In this document: one piece after another, positions 16,841-27,178 of the stretch
How the letters are laid out: every line of letters starts with the position of its first letter
Numbering within the stretch: the stretch's first letter is position 1
Assembly (NCBI GenBank): GCA_022709735.1
Contig: JAKLIG010000004.1
Coordinates: 66,240-118,704, forward strand
From: Patescibacteria group bacterium
GTDB taxonomy: Bacteria; Patescibacteriota; Minisyncoccia; Moranbacterales; UBA2206
DNA: 52,465 nt
Reading direction: 5' to 3'
Made by a program: the position numbers and the translations under genes
Notes under the pieces: generated by a model
What the model saw: the letters and a program-made list of their open reading frames with translations, nothing else
Databases searched by the model: none
Told to the model about the DNA's origin: nothing

Positions 16841-17911
16841 ATGAAAAAAATCATTTTTGCCCTAGCAATTATCGCCCTAATTTTAGGTGGAGCTATTTTT
16901 ATCCGCCAAAGAAACAATAAGCCAGAAAGCTCTAACTCAAATTCTTTCCAGCCAATTAAAGTGTCTATCAAAACCGCCGAGGAAAGCAAATTATTTGTGC
17001 AAAAAATAGAATATCCGGCCATTGTTTCAGGGGAAAGTGAGGCTATGGTAAACGCCAAGAGTTCTGGCACTATTACCGCCGTAAATATCTCCATCGGAAA
17101 CTTTGTGAATGCCGGACAATTTTTGGCAAAAATAGATGAAATTGGAGCAAATTTATCTTCCGGAAAAAACAATTTTGAAAGTTCGCAAATTCAAACTTTA
17201 GAGCTCGCTTTAAAACAGGCTAAAGAAAATGAGAGCTTAGCTAAGAAAAATTATAAAAATGGCAAAAGCGATACTACCAAAACCGCCTGGGATATTGCCA
17301 AGCTCCAAACTAAAAGCGCAGAAGTTGCCCTTTCAGGAGCACTCGATAGTCGAAATATTATTGCTCCAATTTCTGGGCGCATTACAGAAAAATATGTTTC
17401 CGTCGGAGATTCTATAAATATCGGACAGCCTCTCGCTAAAATTTCCAATATCAATTCAACAAAATTCCAATTTTATGTTGATCAAGAAATTTTACCCTAT
17501 ATTAAAATTGGTTATCCGGTAAATATAAAAGAGGGCGAAAAAATTATTCCTTGCCGGATAAAAAACATTTCTCCGATTGCTGACGACACGACAAAAAGAT
17601 TTCTAATCGAAGCGACTGCTAATGAAAAAACTACTTCTTTAATCGGCACAATTCTCTCGGCTGAAATTGAAATAACCAAAAAATCTTCCAAGGGAAATTC
17701 CTTAATCCTGCCGATTTCTGCTATCACTATCGGGCAAAATGAAAATTATATTTTTATCGTCGAAAATGACAAGGCAAAAAAAATCAATGTGAATATTTTG
17801 AAAATTTCAGGAGAAACCGCCGAGATTGAAGCTGATCTTCCTTCTGATTCTCAAATTATCATAAGCGGAAATAAACTACTCGGCGACCAGACTCCGGTTG
17901 AAACAAATTAA
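16841..17911 (+). CDS. efflux RND transporter periplasmic adaptor subunit
   Basis: N-terminal TM, coiled-coil segment, IIAPISGRITEKYVSVGD lipoyl/beta-barrel motif. Sits immediately upstream of the RND permease. Confidence 0.8.
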   Translation: MKKIIFALAIIALILGGAIFIRQRNNKPESSNSNSFQPIKVSIKTAEESKLFVQKIEYPAIVSGESEAMVNAKSSGTITAVNISIGNFVNAGQFLAKIDEIGANLSSGKNNFESSQIQTLELALKQAKENESLAKKNYKNGKSDTTKTAWDIAKLQTKSAEVALSGALDSRNIIAPISGRITEKYVSVGDSINIGQPLAKISNINSTKFQFYVDQEILPYIKIGYPVNIKEGEKIIPCRIKNISPIADDTTKRFLIEATANEKTTSLIGTILSAEIEITKKSSKGNSLILPISAITIGQNENYIFIVENDKAKKINVNILKISGETAEIEADLPSDSQIIISGNKLLGDQTPVETN

Positions 17912-17913
17912 CT

Positions 17914-20900
17914 ATGGAACAAGATGAAAAAAATTTAAATCCAGAAAAGGAAGTTAATACTTGCGAAAGAGAAACGCCTGTTTTTTTGTCTTCCGATTCA
18001 GCTTACTTGGAAAAACTGGAATTCGATCCGGCTCTTAGAAAAACCTGGCTGAATTTTTTTGTTTCTAATTTCCGCGTAGTAGTGCTTATGATTTTCCTGC
18101 TTTCCGGCTGGGGAATTTATTCTTTTCTGAAACTTCCGCGAGAATCGAACCCGGAAGTTAAAATTCCTTATGCTATTGTAACTACGGTTTTCCCAGGCGC
18201 CTCTCCGTCTGATGTTGAAGAATTGGTGACAAAAAAATTAGAAACTGACATCTCCAGCCTTAAGGGGATAAAAAAAATTACTTCCAGCTCGACCAACTCC
18301 TTTTCTGCAATTTCAGTAGAATTTAACACTTCGGAAAATCAAGATGATTCACTCCGAAATCTTCGAGACAAGGTTTCTGCTGTCAAAGATTTGCCGTTGG
18401 ATGCCGATGATCCTCAAGTGAGTGAAATTTCTTTTGATGACGAGCCAATTTTCACTTTTTCCTTTTCTGGACCATATGATGGTTTTACCCTCCGGACACT
18501 TGCAGAAAAACTTCAGGACGAGCTGGAAAAAATTCCCGACATTCGGGAAGTTTCTGTTTCCGGAGGAGACGAAAAAGAATTTCTAATCGCCTACTCTCCA
18601 AAGAAATTATCTTTTTATGGAATTTCTACTGACGAAGCCAATCAAGCTGTTTCATCTCTAAACCATGTCGTTCCGGGAGGAAATTTTGAAGGAGTAGAAT
18701 TTAATTATCCAGTTCGAGTTGACGGAAGATTTTTTGACGCTGAAAAATTGCGAAAAATTCCAGTTAAGCAGCCTTCCGGAAGCAATATAGTTTATCTTGG
18801 CGACATCGCAGAAGTCTCGGAAAAAAATATCAAAAAAACTATTTATTCCAGATCGTCTTCTGGCGGAAAAAATCCTCAAAATGCCATCACGATAAGTTTA
18901 GTCAAAAAAACTGGGGGTTCGATCATCGGCGCAGTTGATGAAGCCAAAAAAACCATTGAGGCAATGAATAAAACTTTTCCGCCGGGAATAACTTATGAAA
19001 TTACTACTGACTTTTCAGAACTTATTAGAAAAGATTTCCAGCAGCTCACACATGATTTTGTCTTGACTTTAATCTTAGTTTTTGGAATTTTATTTTTAAT
19101 TGTCGGCCTTAAGGAAGCGGTTGTCGCCGGCATGGCCATTCCCTTAGTTTTCTTCGCCACTTTTGGCATAATGCTTGAGACTGGCACTTCTCTCAATTTT
19201 CTTTCAATTTTTTCCTTGCTTCTTTCCCTTGGGCTTCTGGTTGATGATGCGATTGTAGTTGTGAGCGCTACCAAGCAATATCTAAAAACTGGAAAATATA
19301 CGCCAGAAGAAGCCGTGCTTTTAGTTCTTCGCGATTTCAAAGTGGTACTTGCTTCTACTACGCTAGCCACTACCTGGGCTTTTTTGCCACTACTTTTATC
19401 CACCGGAATCATTGGCGCTTTTATAAAATCTATTCCAATAACTGTTTCTGTTACTCTTATAGCCTCTCTTTTTATTGCTCTTGCAATTAATCATCCGCTA
19501 GCTGCTGTCTTAGAAAGAATCAGGCTAACTAAGAAATTCTTCCTGCTAATCCTTTTCGGGCTTCTTTCCGCTTTTGCCTTTTTTATTTATCTTGATACTT
19601 TTTGGAATTATATCTTTGGCGCATTCTTTGCTTTCATATTTTTGTGGTTAGTCCATTGGTATGAAAAAGGTGGCCAGGAAAAATTAGAAAACAACAAAAT
19701 TCTTTCTGAAAAAGAATGGAATAATGACGATCTTATTAAGGAAAAATTAAGAACTCAAGGATCAAGAGAAAACAGCACTTTTGGCAGCCGGCTGATTCAT
19801 GGAATCATTCATTTCGACAAAGTCATCCCGATTTATGAAAAATATCTGAAAAAAGCAATTTGCACCAGAAAAAGCCGAGCAATAGTTTTGATTTCAACCG
19901 CTTTGCTTTTTATTTCTTCCATCCTTCTTCCGATTTTAGGCATTGTTCCGACTGAATTTTTTTCAGCGACTGATGAAAATAATTTGTATATCAATATTGA
20001 AGCTCCAACCGGATTGAATCTTGACGAGACTGATAAAATTACAAAAAAAATCGAGGAGAAGCTTTTAAAATATAAGGAGATTAAAAATTTTTCCACTATT
20101 GTTGGGAAACCCGGAATTTCTCCTAGCGGAGGAGGCGCTCAAATTTCAAACGGTTCTTCTAATTTTTCTTCCATAACCGTCACCCTAGTCGACAGCAAAG
20201 AACGAGAAATCACTTCTTATGATTTAGCCAAAAAAATTCGTGAAGATTTTTCCGATATTCAAGAAGCGGAAATAGCCGTTGAATCCGCTCGAGGCGGACC
20301 GCCATCAGGCACTGCTTTTGAAGCTAGAATAATCGGAGATGATCTTCAAAAATTGGATAAAATCGCAACTGATTTAAAGCCGGTTCTTTCTTCGATTTCT
20401 GGAGTAGTGGATATAAAATCATCTCTAAAAGATGCACCAGCAGAATATACTTTTTTACTCGACCCGATAAAATTATCTTTTTATGATTTAAACGCTTTAT
20501 CCGTCGGATCCGCCATTCGAACTGCCATATCGAAGTTGCAAATCAGCACAATTATTTTGGACAACAAAGAAATTGAAGTAAACGCTACTTTCAATTCGAA
20601 AGAAATTCCCACTTTAGAGGCGCTTCAAAATTTAGAAATTATTAATTTCAAAGGCCAGCCGGTTTTCATAAAAGATGTCGCGAAAGTCGAACTCAAGCCT
20701 TCGGTTGATACTATTACTCGGATTGATCAAAAAAGAGCTGTGCTTCTTTCGGCTGGAGTAGAAGGAAAGACCAGACCAAATTCCGTCCTTTCTGAATTTC
20801 AAAAAAAATTAGAAACAGATTATAAATTGCCGGATGGATATTCTATTGTCTACGGCGGAGAAAATGAACAAAACGCCGAATCAGTCGTTTCAATTTTGCG

Positions 20901-21372
20901 CGCTATGATTATCGCCGGAATTTTGATTATTTCAACTTTGATTATCCAGTTCAATTCTTTTAAAAAAGCAATGATAGTCTTGACCACTTTGCCTTTGGCG
21001 CTTATCGGAGTTTTCTACGGCCTTGCTATTTTTGGAGTTTCCCTTTCTTTCCCTGGGCTCATTGGAATTCTCGCGCTCTTTGGAATCGTGGTTAAGAATG
21101 CCATCATTCTTATCGACAAAATAAATTTGAATATAAAATTTGGCATTCCTTTTTATGATTCGATTATTGACGCCGGAAAATCCCGGCTTGAAGCAATTTT
21201 TATCACTTCCATCGCCACAATTTTTGGACTTATTCCGATTACTTTCTCCAACGCTACTTGGATGGCGCTTGGCAGTGCCGTAATTTTCGGACTGATGTTT
21301 TCTTCTTTCCTCACACTTTTCGTTGTTCCACTTCTTTATGTGAGCTGGATTTCAGAGAAAGAAAAATTTTAA
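17914..21372 (+). CDS. RND efflux permease (AcrB/HAE family)
   Basis: 1152 aa with two 6-TM blocks and large periplasmic loops, and an SLGLLVDDAIVVV motif. Long linker between the two halves. Confidence 0.9.
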   Translation: MEQDEKNLNPEKEVNTCERETPVFLSSDSAYLEKLEFDPALRKTWLNFFVSNFRVVVLMIFLLSGWGIYSFLKLPRESNPEVKIPYAIVTTVFPGASPSDVEELVTKKLETDISSLKGIKKITSSSTNSFSAISVEFNTSENQDDSLRNLRDKVSAVKDLPLDADDPQVSEISFDDEPIFTFSFSGPYDGFTLRTLAEKLQDELEKIPDIREVSVSGGDEKEFLIAYSPKKLSFYGISTDEANQAVSSLNHVVPGGNFEGVEFNYPVRVDGRFFDAEKLRKIPVKQPSGSNIVYLGDIAEVSEKNIKKTIYSRSSSGGKNPQNAITISLVKKTGGSIIGAVDEAKKTIEAMNKTFPPGITYEITTDFSELIRKDFQQLTHDFVLTLILVFGILFLIVGLKEAVVAGMAIPLVFFATFGIMLETGTSLNFLSIFSLLLSLGLLVDDAIVVVSATKQYLKTGKYTPEEAVLLVLRDFKVVLASTTLATTWAFLPLLLSTGIIGAFIKSIPITVSVTLIASLFIALAINHPLAAVLERIRLTKKFFLLILFGLLSAFAFFIYLDTFWNYIFGAFFAFIFLWLVHWYEKGGQEKLENNKILSEKEWNNDDLIKEKLRTQGSRENSTFGSRLIHGIIHFDKVIPIYEKYLKKAICTRKSRAIVLISTALLFISSILLPILGIVPTEFFSATDENNLYINIEAPTGLNLDETDKITKKIEEKLLKYKEIKNFSTIVGKPGISPSGGGAQISNGSSNFSSITVTLVDSKEREITSYDLAKKIREDFSDIQEAEIAVESARGGPPSGTAFEARIIGDDLQKLDKIATDLKPVLSSISGVVDIKSSLKDAPAEYTFLLDPIKLSFYDLNALSVGSAIRTAISKLQISTIILDNKEIEVNATFNSKEIPTLEALQNLEIINFKGQPVFIKDVAKVELKPSVDTITRIDQKRAVLLSAGVEGKTRPNSVLSEFQKKLETDYKLPDGYSIVYGGENEQNAESVVSILRAMIIAGILIISTLIIQFNSFKKAMIVLTTLPLALIGVFYGLAIFGVSLSFPGLIGILALFGIVVKNAIILIDKINLNIKFGIPFYDSIIDAGKSRLEAIFITSIATIFGLIPITFSNATWMALGSAVIFGLMFSSFLTLFVVPLLYVSWISEKEKF

Positions 21373-21399
21373 AGTTTGACTAATACCGAAAAAGAGATA

Positions 21400-21592
21400 T
21401 AATTTATTAGCAAATTGAATAGAAGCGTTGACGCAACCTCACCAACTGCCGAGCTTCCGCCAGAAACTAGCGAAATAGTTTCAAAGAGTGCCCAAATAAT
21501 ATGGGAATTCGAGTGGAACCTCCTGACCGAAACGTCGGGACTCGAAATCTAGTATTATTTTGGCGCTTTTTTTATTAATTAAATAATATAAT
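21400..21592 (+). promoter_or_regulatory. T-box leader (Thr-type candidate) upstream of thrS
   Basis: Canonical antiterminator: A1 ttcgag (21508-13) / ctcgaa (21541-46), 7-nt bulge UGGAACC (21514-20), A2 tcctgac / gtcggga, loop cgaaac. Candidate ACC-A specifier at 21441-44. U7 run at 21567-73. The 5' boundary is uncertain. Confidence 0.7.
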
Positions 21593-21595
21593 TCT

Positions 21596-23368
21596 ATGTC
21601 AAACAAGAAAACCACTCCTAATAATTTAGAAATCCTCCGCCATTCGACTTCGCACGTTATGGCCTCGGCAGTTTTGGAAATGTTTCCAGAAGCCAAATTT
21701 GCCATTGGCCCAGCGATTGAAAACGGCTTCTATTATGACTTCGACCTTCCCCGAACTCTCATCCCAGAAGATTTGGCCATCATTGAAGAAAAAATGCGAA
21801 AAATTATCAAGGCCAATTATTCTTTCGAACGCGCGGAAGTTTCCATCACTGAAGCGCTTAAAGATTTTAAGAAAGCTAAGCAACTTTATAAAGTCGAACT
21901 AATTAAAGATTTGGAAAAAGAAGGCGAGAAGAAAGTTTCTATTTATAAATCAGGTAATTTCGTCGACCTCTGCTCCGGCCCGCATTTAGATTCAACCGGC
22001 GAAATTCCAGCTGACGCAATGAAACTCACCAAAATTTCCGGCGCTTATTGGCGAGGAGATGAAAAAAATAAAATGCTTCAGCGAATTTATGGCGTTGCGT
22101 TCCAATCTAAAAAAGAATTGGATGAATATCTCAAAATGCTCGAAGAAGCCGAAAAAAGAGATCATCGAAAGCTGGGAAAAGAATTAGATTTATTTTGCTT
22201 TTCCGATTTAGTCGGCCCTGGTCTTCCACTTTTTACTCCAAAAGGAACTATTATTAAAAGAACTCTTGAGCGCTGGATTGAAGATGAGGAAACAAGAAGA
22301 GGTTATTTGCAAACAGCTACTCCAGATATCGCCCGTTTAGCTTTATATGAAAAATCAGGACATTGGCAACATTATAGAGACGACATGTATCCGGCCATGA
22401 AAATATATGACGACCAATATGTATTGCGACCGATGACTTGTCCTCATCAATTCATGATCTATAATTCTCGTCCGCGTTCATATCGTGAACTACCACTTAG
22501 ATATTCAGAAACTTCCAGGCTCTATCGCCGAGAAAAATCGGGCGAACTATTTGGATTGATTCGCCATGCTGGAGGATGGAGTTTTGCAGACGCTCACCTT
22601 ATTTGCACTCCCGAACAAGTTGAAAATGAATTCAAAAATGTTGTAGATCTTATTCAATATGCAATGAAAACTTTAAAAATTACTGAATATTGGTATCGTT
22701 TTTCAAAATGGGATCCTAAGGATAAAAAAGGAAAGTATGTGAACGATCCAAAATCATGGGATGAATCACAAAAGTCTATGAAAAAAATTATTGATCAAAT
22801 GAAATTAAATTATGAAGAAGCGGATGGAGAAGCGGCTTTTTATGGACCGAAGCTCGATGTTCAATTGCGTAATATTCACGGAAAATCTGAAACTGCTTTT
22901 ACCGTTCAAATTGATTTTGCTTTAGCAGAAAAATTCGATATGGTCTATACAGATAAAGATGGCAAAGAAAAAAGACCTATTATCATTCATCGGTCTTCTA
23001 TCGGATGTCTTGAGCGCACCATTGCTTTCTTAATTGAAAAATATGCGGGCGCGTTTCCGCTTTGGCTTTCGCCTGTGCAAATGGCTATTTTGCCAGTGAG
23101 CGAAAAATTTGAAAAATACGCAAATGCGCTGGTTTCAAAATTTAAAGAAAATAATATCCGCGTAGAACTAAATAATGAATCAGAATCACTTGGCAAAAGA
23201 ATCCGCGAAGCCGAAAAACAAAAAATCCCTTATATGCTAGTGGTCGGAGAAAAAGAAGAAAAAGATGGAAGCGTGGCTGTTCGATCTCGTGGAGATAAAA
23301 ATCAGGAGACCATAAAAGTCGAGAAATTTATTGAAAAGATTTTAGAAGAAATCAAAGAGAAAAAATAA
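21596..23368 (+). CDS. thrS: threonyl-tRNA synthetase (no N-terminal TGS domain)
   Basis: Starts at the editing domain (LRHSTSHVMASAVLEMFP...GPAIENGFYYDF), then class II core and anticodon-binding domain. 590 aa. Confidence 0.95.
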   Translation: MSNKKTTPNNLEILRHSTSHVMASAVLEMFPEAKFAIGPAIENGFYYDFDLPRTLIPEDLAIIEEKMRKIIKANYSFERAEVSITEALKDFKKAKQLYKVELIKDLEKEGEKKVSIYKSGNFVDLCSGPHLDSTGEIPADAMKLTKISGAYWRGDEKNKMLQRIYGVAFQSKKELDEYLKMLEEAEKRDHRKLGKELDLFCFSDLVGPGLPLFTPKGTIIKRTLERWIEDEETRRGYLQTATPDIARLALYEKSGHWQHYRDDMYPAMKIYDDQYVLRPMTCPHQFMIYNSRPRSYRELPLRYSETSRLYRREKSGELFGLIRHAGGWSFADAHLICTPEQVENEFKNVVDLIQYAMKTLKITEYWYRFSKWDPKDKKGKYVNDPKSWDESQKSMKKIIDQMKLNYEEADGEAAFYGPKLDVQLRNIHGKSETAFTVQIDFALAEKFDMVYTDKDGKEKRPIIIHRSSIGCLERTIAFLIEKYAGAFPLWLSPVQMAILPVSEKFEKYANALVSKFKENNIRVELNNESESLGKRIREAEKQKIPYMLVVGEKEEKDGSVAVRSRGDKNQETIKVEKFIEKILEEIKEKK

Positions 23369-23395
23369 ATTCTTAAATGCTTTTGCCCTAATAAT

Positions 23396-23562
23396 TCAGC
23401 CTTGCGCAGCGCGACATTATAAATTCAAGTAAGCTGGCGTTAAGAAATTTATTATGGAGCGTAGCGGAACATAAATTTTAGCCAGCGAACGTAGAATTTA
23501 TTGGCGCGCAAGCTCGGCTGAGAGTTCTTTTTGTTACTTTTTCTTGCGGAAAGAAAAAGTAA
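23396..23562 (+). repeat. structured ~170-nt repeat family, copy B
   Basis: ttcagccttgcgcagcgcgac...aagctggcg...gccagcgaac...ttggcgcgcaagctcggctgagag, then tactttttctt-gcgg-aaagaaaaagta. Ends about 10 nt before the start of the miaB-like gene. Confidence 0.85.
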
Positions 23563-23571
23563 AGGAAAAAC

Positions 23572-24780
23572 ATGAAATATTATATTAAAACATTCGGATG
23601 CCAGATGAATGTGAGCGATTCGGAAAGAATCGCTGGATTTTTGGAAAAACCTCACCTCAATCCCATGCCTACCGGCAGGCAAGCTCTCCTTGGTAAGGAG
23701 AGGAGGTTATTTGTACCTACCAAAGATATCAATGAAGCTGATTTGGTTATTTTCAACACTTGCGGAGTGCGACAAATGGCCGAAGACCGAGTTTATGGGC
23801 AAATACACAATATCAGGAAGCAAGAAGAAAGAAGTAAGAATAAAGGAAAAAGAAGAATTATCATTCTAACTGGCTGCCTCGCTGACAGAAAAGATGTGCA
23901 GAGGAGATTGAAAGACAAAGTTGATTTATTCATACCTATTGATAAATTTTTTAAAATTGAAAATTTAAAATTGATTGAAAATTGTAAATTGAAAATTGAA
24001 AATTTGACTCAAAAAAAACAATCCTGCGACTATCTAAATATTGCACCAAATTATACAAACAATGATTCTGCCTATGTCCCCATCATGACCGGCTGTAATA
24101 ATTTCTGCGCTTATTGCGTCGTGCCCTATGCCAGAGGCCGGGAAATTTCTAGACCAGTTGGGGATATTCTAAAAGAAATTAAAAATCTAGCAAAAAAAGA
24201 TTGCAAAGAAATAATTTTACTTGGTCAAAATGTGAATTCTTATCGATTTATCGATAAGAATTCATCCCTGCCTGCCGGCAGGCAGGCGCCGTTGAAACCA
24301 AAAAAAATAGATTTTCCAAAACTTCTCGACTCTCTCGCCCAATCTTTCCCAAAAATTAATTTTAAATTTCTCACTTCTCACCCCAAAGATTTCTCGGAAG
24401 AATTAATGAAAGTTATCGCTAAAAATAAAAATATTAGCCGGGAAATTCATCTGCCTATTCAAGCCGGAAGCGACAAAATTTTGAAAGCGATGAACCGACC
24501 ATACACGCAAAAACATTATCTGGATCTTATTAAAAAAGCCCAGAAAATAATTCCGGACGCAAGTTTCACGACTGATGTTATTGTCGGCTTTCCCGGCGAA
24601 ACGCAGAAAGATTTTCAAGAATCTTTGAAAGTTTTTAAAAAAGTAAATTTCAATGAAGCGTATATTAATAAATATTCCCCTCGTCCCGGCACCGCTGCCT
24701 ATAAACTTGGCGACCCAATAACTTTGGACGAAAAAAAGAGAAGAGAAAAGGTTTTGCGAAAACTAGTTAAAACACGCTAG
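23572..24780 (+). CDS. MiaB-like tRNA methylthiotransferase (radical SAM), apparently without a TRAM domain
   Basis: MTTase N-domain IKTFGCQMN...NTCGVR, radical-SAM GCNNFCAYCVVP. Ends shortly after the radical SAM core. Carries three repeat-derived inserts. Confidence 0.85.
   Translation: MKYYIKTFGCQMNVSDSERIAGFLEKPHLNPMPTGRQALLGKERRLFVPTKDINEADLVIFNTCGVRQMAEDRVYGQIHNIRKQEERSKNKGKRRIIILTGCLADRKDVQRRLKDKVDLFIPIDKFFKIENLKLIENCKLKIENLTQKKQSCDYLNIAPNYTNNDSAYVPIMTGCNNFCAYCVVPYARGREISRPVGDILKEIKNLAKKDCKEIILLGQNVNSYRFIDKNSSLPAGRQAPLKPKKIDFPKLLDSLAQSFPKINFKFLTSHPKDFSEELMKVIAKNKNISREIHLPIQAGSDKILKAMNRPYTQKHYLDLIKKAQKIIPDASFTTDVIVGFPGETQKDFQESLKVFKKVNFNEAYINKYSPRPGTAAYKLGDPITLDEKKRREKVLRKLVKTR
23666..23702. 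repeat. two adjacent palindromes in frame in the miaB-like gene (PTGRQALLGKER)
   Basis: tgcctaccggcaggca, then ctctcctt-ggta-aggagag. Confidence 0.8.
24267..24286. repeat. perfect 20-nt palindrome cctgcctgccggcaggcagg in frame in the miaB-like gene (LPAGRQA)
   Basis: The sequence is identical to its own reverse complement. Confidence 0.9.
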
Positions 24781-24851
24781 CCACTGGACATAAAACTAAA
24801 TTTGCCTTAATATTATTTTTGTATAAAGTAATCTTTACTACAACATAACAG

Positions 24852-26162
24852 ATGGACATAATTGTTTCCAAGTTTGGCGGCACTTCCGTTGGCAGCCAAG
24901 AAGCCATTGAAAAGCTTCGAGAAATTGTTTTGGAAAAAGAAGAACGGAAAATAATTGTTGTTTCCGCTGTTTCAGGAGTAACCGATCTTCTAATTAAGGC
25001 TGGCACAGAAGCCAAAAAAAAGGGCAATTGGAAAACAGTTTTAGCGGATATTAGAGAAAGACATCTCAAATTAATAAAAGAACTTGATATTGTACTTGAT
25101 CTATCCAAGCATTTTAAGGGCTTGGAAGCTTTTCTTCGTGGCATAGAATCAATTGGCGAGCTTACGCCTCGAAGTCGCGATTACATTTTGTCCTTTGGAG
25201 AAAGATTAAGTTCCAAAATAATCGAAAGTTTTTTAGAAAAAAAATCAAAAGCCATCCGCATCAATTCTAAATATCTCATAAAAACAAATGAGACTTTCAG
25301 CTCGGCGACACTGGATATGAAAGAAACTAGAAAAGCGGTGAAAAAAAACTTACTTCCAAAACTTGAGGAATATGACAAAATTATTATAACTGGCTTCATT
25401 GGTTCAACCAGACAGGGAGAATATACTACCTTCTCAAGAGGAGGATCTGATTACAGTGCCGCTATTCTCGCCAACATCCTAGATGCCAAAGAATTGGAAA
25501 TTTGGACTGATGTCGATGGAATTCTAACTGCCAATCCAAAAATAATTCCACAGGCGAAAGTAATTAAAAATGTAAATTATCGGGAGGCATCTGAACTTTC
25601 CTATTTTGGCGCCAAGGTTCTTCATCCAAAAACTATCGAACCAGTCGTAGAAAAAGGCATCCCCGCTCGCGTAGTCAATACTTTCAATCATAAAAATCGC
25701 GGTACTCTGATCACAGAAAAATCTAAAAAAACTATTAAATCTGTCTCGAGCAAAAATGGTTCTTATATAATTAATCTTTACTCGACTGAAATGCTTGGAA
25801 CTTCCGGCTTTATGGCCAAGATTTTTTCCATTTTTTTGGAACATAGTATTGTCATTGATGTCGTGAGCACTTCCGAATCCAGCATATCTCTAACTACAGA
25901 ATGCGAACCACCAACACTTCTTGTTCGCGAACTCGAGAAACACGCTTCCGTGGAAATTCTAAAAAATAAAACAATAATTTCTTTGGTCGGCGAAGGATTG
26001 GGAGAGCGGAAAAATATTCTTTACCGACTTTTTGGAGCAGTAAAAAATTATTCGATTAGAATGGTTTCTCAAGGCGCTTTGCCACAAAACATTACCTTGG
26101 TAGTTGACAAGAGAGATGAAAAATTAGTCATTCGAGCAATTTATAGAGAATTTTTTAACTAA
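24852..26162 (+). CDS. lysC: aspartate kinase
   Basis: IVSKFGGTSVGS N-terminus, GGSDYSAA, C-terminal ACT-like region. 436 aa. Confidence 0.9.
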   Translation: MDIIVSKFGGTSVGSQEAIEKLREIVLEKEERKIIVVSAVSGVTDLLIKAGTEAKKKGNWKTVLADIRERHLKLIKELDIVLDLSKHFKGLEAFLRGIESIGELTPRSRDYILSFGERLSSKIIESFLEKKSKAIRINSKYLIKTNETFSSATLDMKETRKAVKKNLLPKLEEYDKIIITGFIGSTRQGEYTTFSRGGSDYSAAILANILDAKELEIWTDVDGILTANPKIIPQAKVIKNVNYREASELSYFGAKVLHPKTIEPVVEKGIPARVVNTFNHKNRGTLITEKSKKTIKSVSSKNGSYIINLYSTEMLGTSGFMAKIFSIFLEHSIVIDVVSTSESSISLTTECEPPTLLVRELEKHASVEILKNKTIISLVGEGLGERKNILYRLFGAVKNYSIRMVSQGALPQNITLVVDKRDEKLVIRAIYREFFN

Positions 26163-26169
26163 CAAATTT

Positions 26170-27177
26170 ATGCGCTTCGCCATTGTTGGTGCCACTGGCA
26201 TCGTTGGGAGAGAAATGATAACTTGTCTTGAAAAAAGACATTTGAAAATCGACCAATTAAGATTGGCAGCTTCGCCTCGTTCTATTGGAAAAATAATAAA
26301 AACAGCTTATGGAAAAATTACAGTCGAAGGTATAAGCGAAGAACTTTTCAAAAATTCAGACATCGCCCTTTTCGCCGCTGGATCTGAAATTAGTCTTAAG
26401 TGGGCAAAAAAAGCCGCTACGCTTGGATGTATTGTTATTGATAATTCTTCCTGCTTTCGCTATGACCCTAAGGTTCCGCTCATCATCCCAGAAATAAATC
26501 CGAAAGATATATTCAAGCACCCTGGCATAATCGCCAACCCAAACTGCACCACCGCTATTGCTGCCATTCCTCTTTGGGAAATTGAAAAACACTTTGGTCT
26601 TAAAAAAATAATAATCTCAACTTACCAAGCAGTTTCGGGCGCCGGAAAAGAAGCCATGGAAGAATTAGAAAAACAGACTTGCGACTATTGTCAAGGGAAA
26701 AAACTTGAGATAAAAAATTTCCAGCACCAGATTCTTTTCAATCTCATCCCGCATATCGATAAATTCCAAGAAAATAATTATACCAAAGAAGAAATGAAAG
26801 TTGTTTGGGAAACCAGGAAAATATTTTCTCGGCCAAATATTTCAATTTCTTGCACTGCTGTCCGAGTGCCAATTCTTCGCGCTCATAGCGAATCAATTGT
26901 CGTTGAAACAAAAAAGAAAATAACTCCAAAAAAAATCCGGGAAATTTTCAAAAAAACTTCCGGGATAAAAATTGTTGATGATCCTAAAAAGAATTCTTAT
27001 CCTATGCCACTTTTTGCCAGCCAAAACTTCGAAGTTCAAGTTGGCAGAATTCGCCAAAGTTTGATTTTTGGAGACTACGGGCTAGAATTTTTTGTCAGTG
27101 GCGATCAACTCTTGAAAGGCGCTGCTCTTAACGCCGTCCAAATCGCCGAACTTTTAATAAAGAGAATCTCAAAATAA
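26170..27177 (+). CDS. asd: aspartate-semialdehyde dehydrogenase
   Basis: IVGATGIVGREM NAD-binding site, IANPNCTT active-site Cys, RVPILRAHSES. Confidence 0.9.
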   Translation: MRFAIVGATGIVGREMITCLEKRHLKIDQLRLAASPRSIGKIIKTAYGKITVEGISEELFKNSDIALFAAGSEISLKWAKKAATLGCIVIDNSSCFRYDPKVPLIIPEINPKDIFKHPGIIANPNCTTAIAAIPLWEIEKHFGLKKIIISTYQAVSGAGKEAMEELEKQTCDYCQGKKLEIKNFQHQILFNLIPHIDKFQENNYTKEEMKVVWETRKIFSRPNISISCTAVRVPILRAHSESIVVETKKKITPKKIREIFKKTSGIKIVDDPKKNSYPMPLFASQNFEVQVGRIRQSLIFGDYGLEFFVSGDQLLKGAALNAVQIAELLIKRISK

Positions 27178-27178
27178 A

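Noticed and set aside
21481-21705. 74-aa minus-strand ORF across the thrS leader and start
   Set aside because: It overlaps the T-box antiterminator and the thrS N-terminus and has no RBS. It is most likely spurious.
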